DNA of 64,000 nucleotides from an uncultured Saccharothrix sp. (GTDB lineage Bacteria; Actinomycetota; Actinomycetes; Mycobacteriales; Pseudonocardiaceae): NCBI GenBank assembly GCA_965995405.1, contig CBHFOL010000007.1, positions 174 to 64,173 of the forward strand, read 5' to 3'. Shown piece by piece: positions 53,820 to 64,000 of this stretch (position 1 is its first letter; each line of letters starts with the position of its first letter). The notes under the pieces were generated by a model. It saw only the letters and a program-made list of their open reading frames with translations, ran no database searches and was not told where the DNA came from. The position numbers and the translations under genes were made by a program.

Positions 53820-56800
53820 TCAGCGCGGCCGGTAGCCGCACTGGTAGCCGGTGGTCACGGTGGCGCGCAACAGGTCCGCGGCGGCCGGATCGGCTGCCGC
53901 GATGGTGTCGACGGCCCGGGTGATGGCTTTGCGGACGGCGGTCCGGGCCCGTTCGGCGGGACTCGGGAAATGGCGGGTGCGACCGCTGATCCCGGCCGAA
54001 CGCCCGATTTCGGCGGTGAGCGCGTCGAGTTCGGATTCGAGTCCGGCGACCCGCTCCAGATCGGCGTCCCGCCGGGCGTCGGCGATCTCCTCCGCCAGCT
54101 CACGGGCGCGCCGCAGGTAGGCGGCCCTAGCCGGACCGTCGACCACGGTCTGGTTGGCGGGCTCCGGGAACCGCGCCGCACCCACCAGGTCCAGCGCGGA
54201 GATCTCCGTGCCCGGGTGGGCGATCAGCCGTGCCAGGTAACGCACGCCCACCAGATCGTCCAGCAGGGTTTCGCGCTCGTGGTGGACCAACAGCCACCGG
54301 TCGCCGGCACGCCGGATCACCAGGGCAGGCGCACACCGTGCCGTCCACGTGGCCGCGCGCGCCGCCATGCCCATCGCGGTCGCGTCGGCGACGGCCCGGT
54401 CGAGCAGCTCGGCCGCACGGACCAGGTCGCCGGGCCCGCCGCGCCGGCGCAACGCCTCGGCCAGATCGGCCCGCGCGCACGCGGTGAGCGGCCGGTTCGC
54501 CAGCCGGACGTTGGCGGCGACCGCCCGTTCGAGGTGCGCGACGGCCGCCCCAACATCGCCGAACGTCAACGCGGCCAGCCCGAGCGTGCGCTCGGCCGAA
54601 CCGAAGCACACCACGGCCGTCGACGGGGTGATCGGCAGGTCGGCGAACGGTGCGATCAGCTCGTACGCCTGCCGGGCGACATCCGGCTCGGCCAGCGTGG
54701 CCGCCGCCTCCACCACGGCGAACAGGCAGCCCAGCCACGTGCCGGCGGGCCGGACGGCGGCCAGCCCACCCGACGTGACGTGGTGCAGGGCGGCCCGGGC
54801 CCGGTCGGACCGGCCCGCTTCGGCGGCGAGCAGGGCCAGCGTGGCGTGGAAGATGAGCTCCCCGTCGGGCAGCGTCGGCATGGCCACGATCCGCTCGGCG
54901 ACGTCGACCAGCTCGGCCGCCCGGCCGCGCAGCCAGCCGATCGTCATGAGCTGCGCGCCGTGGCAGTGCCGCGCGTCCGGGTCGCCGATCCGCAGACCGA
55001 GCCGCAGGCACCGCTCGGCCTGCTCCTCGGCCTTCGCCAACTCGCCCGCCCGGATCAGCAGCATGACCTCGATCGCGGCCTGGACGTACCGGACGCCGTG
55101 GCCGGTCAGCAGGTCCGACCGGTGGCGCAGCTCGGCCAGCGACCGCTCGGCACAGGGATGGCCCAGGTGGAACAGGTCGACGGTCCGCCGGCACACGCCC
55201 ACCAGCGTCACGACCTCCAGCCCGGCGGCGGACGCCACCGCGATCAGCTCGTCGGCCAGCGCGAGCCGGGTGCGGGCGTGCTCGGGTGCCGGCAAAGCCT
55301 GGTGGCACAACGACAACGCCTCGGCCAGCAACCGCGGGTCACCGGTGTCGCGGGCCTGGGCCAGTGCCGCGAGCACGGCCTCGATCAGGCCGGACTCGGC
55401 GGCCAGCCTGCTGGCGAGCCGGCAGCGCAGCAACACGTGCCCGGCCGGCAGCCGCTCCGCCGCCTCCCGCTGGAGCGCCACGGCCCGCGCCCGTTCCACC
55501 CGGTCGCGCAGCCGACTGCCCCACATGCCGTCGAGCCCCAGCGCGGCTTCGGCGAACAGGACCGGGTCGTCCTCGTCCCGCGCCGCCGCCACCGCCCGGT
55601 CGAACAGCGGTCCGGCCTCGGCCACCTGCCCGCACCGGTGGACCGCGTGCGCCCAGTCGAGCAGCAGCCGGGCCGGCACCGGCCCCAGGTCGGCGGTCCG
55701 GTACAGCCCGGCAGCGGTGGACAGCAACGTCACGGCTTGCTCGTAGGCGAAGTGGCGGACCATGGACCGGGCCGCCGCACGACAGGCGACCACCGCCGTC
55801 CGCGCGTCGGCGACCGAACGGGGTGCGGCGTTCACCGCGTGGTGCGCCAGCCGTCCCAGCCGCTCGTGGGAATCCCGATCCGAACCCACCCGGACGACCT
55901 CGACCGCCCTGGCGTGCACGTCGAGCAGCAGGCTCGGCGTGAGCCGGTCCGCGAGCGCCTGCCGGACCAGGTCGTGGCCGAACCCGAACGAGTCCGCCCG
56001 CACCACGCGCACCAGCCCCGAACCGGCGGCCTCGCGCAACGCGTCGAGCACCGCCGACTCGTCCGCGTCGACCAGCCGCACGGCGTCGGCGACGGACACC
56101 GACATGCCCAGGACGGCCGCCTCCGTCAGCAGCCGGACCGTGAACGGGCGCAACGGGCGCAGCGACTCGTCGACCATGGCGGCCAGCCCGTCGGGCAGCC
56201 CGGCGACCGAACCGGCCGTCCACAGCGCCGGCAACCGGCGCAGCACCAGCGGATTCCCCCGGGCGACCGCGTGCAGCGCCTCGACCTCCGGACCGGACCA
56301 GTCGATGCCGTGCCCGGCGAGGAACGTCCGCGTCTCGGCCAGGTCGAACCCGCCGAGCACCACCGGCACGCCCTCGCGTTCCAGGTCGGCCAGCAGCGGC
56401 GCGGAATCGGCGGCGGCCTCCCCCGGCCGCCAGGTGGCCACCACGACCAGCGCGAGCCGGTGCAGGTTCCGGGCCACGAACCGGGTCAGCAGCAGCGCGC
56501 CCGGGTCGGCCGCGTGCACGTCGTCCAGCACCAGCACGGTCGGGCGGTCCGCACACGCGCCGGCCAGCCGCTCGCACACCGCCACGAACCGCGAGAACCG
56601 TTGCGGGTCGACGGTGTCCAGCCCGACATCGCCGTCCAGCAGCGCCGCCGCGCCGCCCAGTTCGGACAGCACCGAGTGCCACGGCCACAGCGCCGGCGCG
56701 CCGCCGTCGGTCCAGCACCGGCCCCACACCACCGCGAAACCGGCCGACCGGGCCCGGTCGGCGCCCTCCGCGCAGAACCGGGTCGTGCCGACCCCGCCCG

Positions 56801-56900
56801 GCCCGGGGACCGTGATCAGCCGCCCACACCCCTGCCGAGCCCGGTCGAGCGCGTCCCCCAGGAGGCGCAGCTCGGACCGCCTGCCGACGAATCCGTCCAT
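53820..56900 (-). CDS. MalT/LAL-type STAND AAA ATPase regulator with degenerate Walker A
   Basis: FVGRRSEL, GPGGVGTT (K to T), VLDDVHAAD, GNPL, FGHDLVR; C-terminal ERARTAVRKAI domain. Confidence 0.82.
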   Translation of the reverse strand: MDGFVGRRSELRLLGDALDRARQGCGRLITVPGPGGVGTTRFCAEGADRARSAGFAVVWGRCWTDGGAPALWPWHSVLSELGGAAALLDGDVGLDTVDPQRFSRFVAVCERLAGACADRPTVLVLDDVHAADPGALLLTRFVARNLHRLALVVVATWRPGEAAADSAPLLADLEREGVPVVLGGFDLAETRTFLAGHGIDWSGPEVEALHAVARGNPLVLRRLPALWTAGSVAGLPDGLAAMVDESLRPLRPFTVRLLTEAAVLGMSVSVADAVRLVDADESAVLDALREAAGSGLVRVVRADSFGFGHDLVRQALADRLTPSLLLDVHARAVEVVRVGSDRDSHERLGRLAHHAVNAAPRSVADARTAVVACRAAARSMVRHFAYEQAVTLLSTAAGLYRTADLGPVPARLLLDWAHAVHRCGQVAEAGPLFDRAVAAARDEDDPVLFAEAALGLDGMWGSRLRDRVERARAVALQREAAERLPAGHVLLRCRLASRLAAESGLIEAVLAALAQARDTGDPRLLAEALSLCHQALPAPEHARTRLALADELIAVASAAGLEVVTLVGVCRRTVDLFHLGHPCAERSLAELRHRSDLLTGHGVRYVQAAIEVMLLIRAGELAKAEEQAERCLRLGLRIGDPDARHCHGAQLMTIGWLRGRAAELVDVAERIVAMPTLPDGELIFHATLALLAAEAGRSDRARAALHHVTSGGLAAVRPAGTWLGCLFAVVEAAATLAEPDVARQAYELIAPFADLPITPSTAVVCFGSAERTLGLAALTFGDVGAAVAHLERAVAANVRLANRPLTACARADLAEALRRRGGPGDLVRAAELLDRAVADATAMGMAARAATWTARCAPALVIRRAGDRWLLVHHERETLLDDLVGVRYLARLIAHPGTEISALDLVGAARFPEPANQTVVDGPARAAYLRRARELAEEIADARRDADLERVAGLESELDALTAEIGRSAGISGRTRHFPSPAERARTAVRKAITRAVDTIAAADPAAADLLRATVTTGYQCGYRPR

Positions 56901-57009
56901 CGCGGCTCCCTGGAAACGACCCTGTGAACAGGTGCCGGCTCCTCGGTGCGCAGATACACGTTCTGGACATATCCGGCTCCGGACCGGTGGCGGACGGGGC
57001 CGGGCGGGG

Positions 57010-58150
57010 GTCGCCGGGTTCGTCGTTGCGCCTGGTCTTCACCCAGCCGTTGTGCCCGCGGACCAGCCTGGCCAGCGCCCGCCACGACGTGATGTAGAAC
57101 GTGTCGATGTACAGGCTGTAGCAGATGCCGTACCAGAGGCCGCGCAACGGACGGAAGCGCGGCTCGCTGCGTCGCTGGTAGATCGGGCCCCAGACCAGGA
57201 ACGGCAGCAGGCCGAACGCGCCGTAGGTCGGGAACAGGATCCAGGCCCCGCCGTGGAACCAGTTCCACACCAGCTCCGGTTCGTGCGCCGCACGCCAGAG
57301 CAGCAGCACGAACGGGATCGGGTAGACGATCGTGCCGACGAGCTGCATCCACGGCTGCGCCAGGTAGTACAGCATCTCCGCCGCGCCCAGCGTCGACAGG
57401 TGCCGGGAGTCCCAGATCCGGCGCACGTACCGGGCGCACTGCATGGTCCCCTGTCCCCACCGCGTGCGCTGGGCCAGGAACCGGCGCAGGCTGTAGAGCC
57501 CCTCCTGGGAGACGTGGGTGTCGTTGGTGAACCCGGTCCGCCACCCGGCGGTGAGCAGGTGCACGCCCAGCTCGAAGTCCTCCAGCAGCGAACCGTGCCA
57601 CGGCTCGCGTTCCGGCCCGGCGATGGAGTCCAGCGCGCGAGCCTGGTGAACTGGCCGTTGCCGCCCATGGAGATCGTGCCGGTGATCCGGCGGGAGAGCT
57701 GGATCGCGGCGATCGCGGTGCGGAACTCCAGGTCCTGCATGAGCACCAGCCGGCTGCCGAACCACTTGGCCAACCTGCCGCCGTCCCTGGGCGGCTCGTC
57801 GCGGTTGGCCATCCACACGTCGATCTGCACGGCACCGATCTCGGCGTCCCCGAAGAGGTGGTCGGCGGCGCAGACCTCCAGGCAGTCGGGTGCCGGCCGG
57901 CCGTCGGCGTCGACCACGGCCACCACCACGTCCGCCGGGTCGGCCGCGCGGGACTCCAGCCAGTCGCGCAGCGCGCGGTAGCCGTCGTTGAGCGCGCTGC
58001 CCTTGCCGACGCGTGCCGCCGGACGACGCCGTCGCACCAGGTGCAGGTGCCCGTCGTCGTGGCACAGGGACTCCACCACCGCGGCCGTGTCGTCGTCGGA
58101 GTCGTCGTCGACCACCCAGACGTGGGCCTGCGGGAACTCGGCACGCAGCG
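57010..58150 (-). pseudogene. Glycosyltransferase family 2 remnant (5'-truncated, 1-nt frameshift near 57640)
   Basis: WVVDDDS, GKGSALN, VDADG, GGNGQF, then frame change to LLEDFELG, QRTRW and TM helices; limits approximate. Confidence 0.8.
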
Positions 58151-59575
58151 TCGGACCGGAGGAACTGGAACGTGTCGTTGTCCAGGCCGGCGACCACGGA
58201 CCGGTAGTCGGCGGTCGGTTTGCCGTCCGTGCCGAGGAAGTTCAGCGTGACCTTGTGGGTCTGCGCGCCGCGCGTGATCGTCACCGGGGTGCGGGTGACC
58301 GAGTCGCCGGCGGTCGCGACGACCGCGCCGGAGTACCCGCCGTCGAGCGTGCCCGGGGTCGGGTCGCCGGTGACCGTCACGGTGGCTTGACCGCCCGCTG
58401 GGACGGTGATCTCCTTGGCGCTCAACGAGAACACGTCGACCGGAGCACGGTCGGGGCCGATCGCCTCGGTGGTCAGCGTGAGCACGACGTCGTGGTCGCC
58501 GAGGTTGCGGTAGGTCACCGCTTTGCTCAGCGACTCGTGGTCGTCGTGCGGCCAGGCCACGGTGCCCAGGTTGACGGCGGTCGGCTCGGACACGACCCGG
58601 GCGGCCATCGCCTTCGCCACGTCGACCCGGCCGGAGCCCTGTTCGAACGCGGTGAGCTTCGGGTTGGCGGTGGTCGCGCCGGACAGCACGGCCTTGAGCC
58701 GCGCACCGGTCCAGTCCGGATTCCGCTGGGCGAGGAGCGCGGCGGCACCGGCCACGTGCGGGGTGGCCATCGACGTGCCGGACAGCGCGGTGTACCCGTC
58801 CGCCACCGGTTCGCCGATGGTGCCCGCCGAGTGCAGCGCGGCGACGATGCCGACGCCCGGCGCGGTGACGTCCGGCTTGATCGCGCCGTCGATCCTGGGG
58901 CCACGACTGGAGAAGCCGGCGATGCCCTCGGTGCGGTCGATCGCGCCGACGGTGAGTGCCGCGTCCGCGCTGCCGGGCGAGTCGATCGTGCGGTCGCCGG
59001 GGCCGGCGTTGCCCGCCGCGACCACGAACAGCGTGCCGTACCGGGCCGACAGCGTGTCGACCGCTTCTTCGAGCGGGTCGGTGCCGAGCCGGTCCGGGCC
59101 GCCCAGGCTCAGGTTCGCGATGTCGGCGCCCTGTTCGGCCGCCCACCGCATACCCGCGATGATGTCCGACTCGGTGCCGTAGCCGTCGTCGTCCAGCACC
59201 TTCCCGTCCAGGATGGACGCGCCCCAGGCCACGCCGCGGTACTTGCCGCCGGACTTCGCCCCGGTGCCGGCGATGATCGAGGCGACGTGCGTGCCGTGGC
59301 CGACGCGGTCGACGTTGGTCGGAGCCTGGGTGAAGTCGCGTTCGGCGATCTCGCGGTCGGCTAGGTCCGGGTGGGTCTGGTCGACCCCGGTGTCCAGCAC
59401 GGCGACCTTCACGCCCGCGCCGGAGTAGCCCGCGCTCCACGCCGTCGGCGCGGCGATCTGCGCCGTCGGCGCGGTGCTGCGGTCCAGAGCGGACTTCCGC
59501 TTGCCGTCCAGCCAGACCTTCGACACGCCGGCACCGGTCAACGCCTGCCACGACGTGCCGGCCTTGTCGGCGGTC
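58150..59575 (-). pseudogene. Subtilisin S8 protease remnant, truncated at both ends
   Basis: Intact DTG / HGTHVA / GTSMATPH triad; no signal or pro-peptide; joined to the GT2 remnant near 58152. Confidence 0.82.
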
Positions 59576-59646
59576 GCCCACCTCGACGGCCCAGGTGAGG
59601 ACCATCACGGACCATAAGGGACCAGTTTGGTCCGCAACAGCCTACG

Positions 59647-60219
59647 ATGGTCGGTATGCCTCGCCAGACCCGCGAAGAACTCGACGCGGAGATAGTCGAC
59701 CGCGCCGCCGCGCTGTTCGCGCGGCAAGGCTACCAACAGACCACGGTACAGCGGATCGCGGAGGCCGTCGGGTTCTACAAAACCGGTCTTATGCAACCCT
59801 TCCCCAACAAGGAGGCGCTGCGCCAGGCCGTGGTCGACGGCTGCCTCGCCGAGATGCGCGCGGTCGGCGACGGTGTCGGCGACCTGCCACCCGGTCCGGT
59901 CCGCGACCGCGCCGCCGTCGCCGCGTTCGTGGACCTGGCACTCCGCAAGCCCGGGTTCATCGCGCTCATGCTCGGCAACATCAGCTCACCGGACGCCGCG
60001 TTCGTGGACTCGTGGTCACCGGCCCTCGGGGACACCGCGCTGGCCGCGTTCGCGGTCGAACCGGGCGACGTCGAGCGCGGGATCCGGGTCGTCGGCGCGT
60101 TCGGCGCGATCGTCTTCAGCTCCATCGCCGTCCCGGCGTTCCCGTTGCCCGACGCGCGTTCGCTGCTGACCGAGATCGGCTACGCCGCCCTGGGCCACGA
60201 CACGCCCGCCGCACCGTAA
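59647..60219 (+). CDS. TetR-family regulator
   Basis: IVDRAAALFARQGYQQTTVQRIAEAVG HTH; upstream of MMPL. Confidence 0.88.
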   Translation: MVGMPRQTREELDAEIVDRAAALFARQGYQQTTVQRIAEAVGFYKTGLMQPFPNKEALRQAVVDGCLAEMRAVGDGVGDLPPGPVRDRAAVAAFVDLALRKPGFIALMLGNISSPDAAFVDSWSPALGDTALAAFAVEPGDVERGIRVVGAFGAIVFSSIAVPAFPLPDARSLLTEIGYAALGHDTPAAP

Positions 60220-60232
60220 GGACTTCGTTTCA

Positions 60233-62428
60233 ATGGCAACCTTCCTGCACCGCCTCGGACTCGGGGCGTTCCGGCACCGGATCGCGGTCATCGTGACCTG
60301 GCTGCTGGTGCTCCTCGGCGCGGGCCTGGGCTCCGTCGCCCTGTCCGGCCCGACCGTGAACACGTTCGAGATCCCCGGACAGGAATCCACCAACGCGCTG
60401 GACCTGGTCGAGCACCACTTCGGCTCGACCGCGAACAACGCCACCGCCCAGGTCGTCCTCCAGGCTCCCGGCGGGCAGAAGATCACCGCGAACCCGGCGG
60501 CGGTGGCCCGGGTCGTGGCCGACCTGCGCGACCTGCCCGGCGTCGGCACCGCCACCGACCCGTTCGACCCCGCCGGGCCGACGGTGTCGCCGGATCTGCG
60601 CGCCGCGTTCAGCACCGTCACCTACGAGGCCAAGCCGGCCGACGTCACCGACGCCCAGCGTGCGGCGTTGACGGCGGTCCTGGACAAGGCGCGTGCCGCC
60701 GGTCTCACCGCAGAGGCGTCCGGCGTGGCCACGCAGACCCCGACCGCCGTCGGCGGACCGGCCGAACTGGTCGGCGTCGTCGTCGCGCTCATCGTGCTCG
60801 CCATCACCTACGGCTCGCTCGCCGCGGCGGGGATGAACCTGCTCACGGCGGCCATCGGCGTCGGTATCGGCGCACTCGGCATCACCGCGCTCACCGGCCT
60901 GGTCGAACTCCAGTCGACCACCCCGATCCTCGCCGTCATGCTCGGCCTCGCCGTGGGCATCGACTACGCGCTGTTCATCGTCACCCGCTTCCGGCACGAA
61001 CTGCTGCGCGGACGTGCCCCCGCCGACGCCGCCGCGATGGCCGTCGGCACGGCGGGATCGGCCGTGGTCACCGCCGGCGTGACGGTCGTGATCGCCCTGG
61101 CCGGCCTCGCGGTCGCGGGTATCCCGTTCCTCACCCAGATGGGCCTCGCCGCTGCCGCCACCGTGATCATCGCGGTGCTGGTCGCCATCACGCTCGTGCC
61201 CGCCGTGCTCGGCTTCGTCGGCGTCCGCGCCCTGCCGAAGTCCGCACGGGCCCGGCTCGCCCGGGGCACGACCCAGGTCGACGGCCCCCGGGACCGGGGC
61301 TTCTACGCCGGGTGGGCCCGGCTCGTGACCAAGCACCGCTGGACGACCCTGGTCGCGGCCGTCGCGGCGCTGGCCGCCATCGCGATCCCGGTGTTCTCGA
61401 TGCAGACCTCGCTGGTGCCGCGTCCGGCCGACGGCAGCACGCAGGCCAGGGCGACCCAGATCCTGGCCGACCGCTTCGGCCCCGGCGTCGGCGGACCGCT
61501 GCTCGTCCTGGTCGAGGGCGACCACGCCGAGGCCCGCGCCACCGCGATCGCCAAGGACGTCAACGGCCTGTCCGGGGCCGTCGCGCTGCCGCCCCGCCCG
61601 AACCTGGACGGTTCCGCCGCGATGGTCACCGTCATCCCGGCCACCGCGCCGGACAGCGAGGCGACCGTCGACCTCGTGCACACCCTCCGCGACCGCCTCC
61701 ACACCGGTGACGGCAACGGGGTCTACGTCACCGGCACGACGGCCGTGGGCGTGGACGTGTCCGAACAGCTCAGCCAAGCGCTGCCGGTCTACCTGGTGCT
61801 GGTGGTCGGCCTGGCGCTGATCCTGCTGGTGCTGGTGTTCCGCTCGATCCTGGTCCCGGTGGCCGGTGTGCTGGGCTTCCTGCTCACCATCGGCGCTTCG
61901 CTGGGCGCCACGACGGCGGTCTTCCAGTGGGGTTGGCTCGGCGACGTGGTGCGGCCGGACAGCACGGGCCCGCTGATGAGCCTGACCCCGATCATCGTGG
62001 TCGGCATCCTGTTCGGGCTCGCGATGGACTACCAGGTCTTCCTGGTGTCGCGGAGGCACGAGAACCACGCCCACGGCGCGACCCCGCGGGACGCCATCAC
62101 GACCGGGTTCCGGCAGGCGGCACCGATCGTGGTCGCCGCGGCGGCCATCATGTTCGCGGTCTTCGCCGGGTTCGTGCCCGAGGGCGACGCCAACCTCAAG
62201 CCCATCGCGTTCGCGCTGGCGATCGGCATCCTGTTCGACGCCTTCGTGATCCGGATGATCGCCATGCCCGCCGCCCTGGCCCTGCTGGGCCGCGCCGCCT
62301 GGTGGCTCCCCCGGTGGCTGGACCGGCTGCCCAGCCTGGACATCGAGGGTGCGGCCCTCGAACGGGACGTGCCGGACAAGCGGGTGCCGGAGACCGTCGG
62401 CGCACCGCAGCGGTCCGACGAGGGCTGA
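60233..62428 (+). CDS. MMPL/RND-family transporter
   Basis: LGLAVGIDYALFIVTRFR, FGLAMDYQVFLVSR, PAALALLG. Confidence 0.94.
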   Translation: MATFLHRLGLGAFRHRIAVIVTWLLVLLGAGLGSVALSGPTVNTFEIPGQESTNALDLVEHHFGSTANNATAQVVLQAPGGQKITANPAAVARVVADLRDLPGVGTATDPFDPAGPTVSPDLRAAFSTVTYEAKPADVTDAQRAALTAVLDKARAAGLTAEASGVATQTPTAVGGPAELVGVVVALIVLAITYGSLAAAGMNLLTAAIGVGIGALGITALTGLVELQSTTPILAVMLGLAVGIDYALFIVTRFRHELLRGRAPADAAAMAVGTAGSAVVTAGVTVVIALAGLAVAGIPFLTQMGLAAAATVIIAVLVAITLVPAVLGFVGVRALPKSARARLARGTTQVDGPRDRGFYAGWARLVTKHRWTTLVAAVAALAAIAIPVFSMQTSLVPRPADGSTQARATQILADRFGPGVGGPLLVLVEGDHAEARATAIAKDVNGLSGAVALPPRPNLDGSAAMVTVIPATAPDSEATVDLVHTLRDRLHTGDGNGVYVTGTTAVGVDVSEQLSQALPVYLVLVVGLALILLVLVFRSILVPVAGVLGFLLTIGASLGATTAVFQWGWLGDVVRPDSTGPLMSLTPIIVVGILFGLAMDYQVFLVSRRHENHAHGATPRDAITTGFRQAAPIVVAAAAIMFAVFAGFVPEGDANLKPIAFALAIGILFDAFVIRMIAMPAALALLGRAAWWLPRWLDRLPSLDIEGAALERDVPDKRVPETVGAPQRSDEG

Positions 62429-62445
62429 AACGTCTCAACCACCCA

Positions 62446-62474
62446 CCTGCTCGGCGCGGACCGCGTCGAGCAGG
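62446..62474. terminator. Hairpin terminator between convergent genes
   Basis: CCTGCTCGGCGCGG-A-CCGCGTCGAGCAGG. Confidence 0.65.
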
Positions 62475-62482
62475 GACGTTTG

Positions 62483-63472
62483 TCAGTGGCCGTTGGGGCT
62501 CAGTTGGCCCGCTGACCACGGGGTCTCGACGAAGCCCCGCTTCAAGGTGAGCAGTTCGACGTTGGCCGTCCACGACTGGACGCCCTCCAGGCAGGCGAGG
62601 GTCTCGGTGGTGAACCGCAGCACGTCCTCGGTGGTCTGGAGGATCACCTCGCACATCAGCGACTCCTGGCCCAGCATCGCCGTCACATAACGGACGCCGT
62701 GGTGCGCGGCCAGTTCCTCCGCCACCGCCAGCAACCGGGACGGCGTCACCGACAGCCAGTAGATGATCTCCGCCTCGAACCCCAGCGCCGACGCCGGCAC
62801 CAGCGTGATCACCTGGACGCAGCCGCGCTGGTACGCCGACTCGAACCGGCGGCGCACCGTGCTCTCGCTGACGCCCAGCCCACCCGCCACGGCCTGGAAG
62901 CTCGCCCGACCGTCGTCGCTCAACGCGGCCAGGATCTTGTGGTCCAGCTCGTCCAGGTCGTCGGACGCGCACACGTGCGGCTCGGGACGGGGGAAGTCGC
63001 CCTTCCCCAGCACGTCCCGGCTCCACTCGTGATTCGACTTGTAGGTGTGCAGCTCCAGGTCGGCCACGCTGCGCTGGATGCCCGGGATGTTCTGCAACCC
63101 GTTCACCAGCAGCGCCTGCATGGCCGTCCCCTTCGGCACCAGCACCTCGGCGATCAGGTCGTGCGAGCCGGTGACCAGCGCGACGAACCGCACCTCCGGC
63201 CGCGCCGAGATCGCCTGCGCCACCTCGATCTGGGTGCCCGCCGCGCATTGCAGCCGGACGATCAGCAGGTCCGTCTCCCCGGACTGCTGCGGCACGGCGG
63301 CCACCCGGATCAGGTCCCGCGCGAACAGTTGTTGGGCACGCCGCGCCACGGTGGTCACCGAGGTGTCCACCAGCGCGGCGATCTCCGTCCAACTCGCGCG
63401 TCCGTTGACCTGAAGTGCGGCCACGATCCGGCGGTCGAGGTCATCCAGCTCGTACATGTCGCCGGCCATCAT
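62483..63472 (-). CDS. Lrp/AsnC regulator with two tandem Lrp units
   Basis: LDDLDRRIVAALQVNGRASW and LDELDHKILAALSDDGRASF; start 63457-63472. Confidence 0.9.
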   Translation of the reverse strand: MMAGDMYELDDLDRRIVAALQVNGRASWTEIAALVDTSVTTVARRAQQLFARDLIRVAAVPQQSGETDLLIVRLQCAAGTQIEVAQAISARPEVRFVALVTGSHDLIAEVLVPKGTAMQALLVNGLQNIPGIQRSVADLELHTYKSNHEWSRDVLGKGDFPRPEPHVCASDDLDELDHKILAALSDDGRASFQAVAGGLGVSESTVRRRFESAYQRGCVQVITLVPASALGFEAEIIYWLSVTPSRLLAVAEELAAHHGVRYVTAMLGQESLMCEVILQTTEDVLRFTTETLACLEGVQSWTANVELLTLKRGFVETPWSAGQLSPNGH

Positions 63473-64000
63473 GCCGCAGGCTTGCCCGCCCGGGACAGGA
63501 AACCGCGCACAGTCGCCTGGAATTCCGCGGCCTGCTCGACCTGCGGCGAGTGACCCGACTCCTCGAACACCACCAGCTCGGCGTTCGGCACCAGCCCGGC
63601 GATGGTCTCCGAGCACGCCGGCGGAGTGATCCAGTCGTGCCTGCCGACGGTCACCAGGGTGGGCGCGGTGATCCGCGGCAGCAGCGGCTTGATGTCGTAG
63701 TTCGGCTGGTTCACCGCGAACGCGTAGTTGTGCGTCTCGTACCGGTACGGGGTGCGCTCGACGATCGCGTCCACCTTCGCCCAGTCCAGCTCGTGGTCGT
63801 AGAGCGGCAGGATCTCGCGCCAGCAGTCCCGCAGGTCGTCGTCGTCCCGCACGGTGCCGGACATGATCCGCGCCAGCTTCTCCCGGTCGATCTCGATCCG
63901 GGACGACTCCAGCGCGTTGCGGTTGGCCGCCTCCTGGTTGGCGTTGTCGGCCGACGTGTCCCGCAGCACCAGCGCCGACACCCGGTCCGGGTACCGGATG
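63469..64000 (-). CDS. Alpha/beta hydrolase (proline iminopeptidase-like), C-terminal part; 5' end outside window
   Basis: ITAPTLVTVGRHDWITP, FEESGHSPQVE (catalytic Asp/His). Confidence 0.85.
   Translation of the reverse strand, partial: IRYPDRVSALVLRDTSADNANQEAANRNALESSRIEIDREKLARIMSGTVRDDDDLRDCWREILPLYDHELDWAKVDAIVERTPYRYETHNYAFAVNQPNYDIKPLLPRITAPTLVTVGRHDWITPPACSETIAGLVPNAELVVFEESGHSPQVEQAAEFQATVRGFLSRAGKPAA

Noticed and set aside
55339-59541. 1400-aa ORF as a genuine multidomain protein
   Set aside because: Patchwork of an S8 core, out-of-frame GT2 sequence, the GT2 C-half and an off-frame read of the ATPase gene; no signal peptide
59647-60219. Slightly atypical TetR recognition helix (FYKTGLMQPFPNK)
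   Set aside because: Within plausible family variation; cannot support loss of function by eye
1-64000. Numerous Arg/Pro/Ala-rich overlapping ORFs in the track
   Set aside because: Typical high-GC shadow frames with no motifs, overlapping well-supported genes
1-64000. tRNA, rRNA, integrase or att site marking an integrated element
   Set aside because: No cloverleaf or rRNA signature, recombinase motif or long flanking direct repeat was recognised

Overview
High-GC actinomycete chromosome segment; gene content resembles Pseudonocardiaceae (inference). No tRNA/rRNA, integrase or transposase was seen. In order: a siderophore-interacting protein and an AfsR-type regulator around a near-perfect IdeR/DmdR iron box; a two-component system; a cluster of small proteins, glycosyl enzymes and a desaturase (DUF5994, RGCVC, GH130, GT4, DUF6307); a secreted PIG-L deacetylase; a compact four-gene cluster (A-PCP didomain, flavin halogenase, cation/H+ antiporter, tyrosine-phenol-lyase-like enzyme); a type I-E cas operon (cas3-cas8e-cas11-cas7-cas5-cas6e) with no cas1/cas2, no canonical array, a short DEVD-variant Cas3 and degenerate repeat-like motifs upstream; an ArsR/pstSCAB/flavoprotein/ArsR-GNAT arsenic-phosphate island; an ECF sigma pair; two divergent copies of a module made of a pseudo-Fic gene and a convergent NTPase-less STAND-type TPR gene, flanking nSTAND1-WD40, DUF4185 and PobA-like genes; a SARP/ATPase locus; a deletion-fused S8 protease/GT2 pseudogene; TetR-MMPL; and a double Lrp/AsnC regulator. 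Best candidates for an undescribed system are the pseudo-Fic/TPR module, the halogenase-lyase cluster and the adaptation-less I-E locus. All family calls come from motif recognition by eye; no searches were run.
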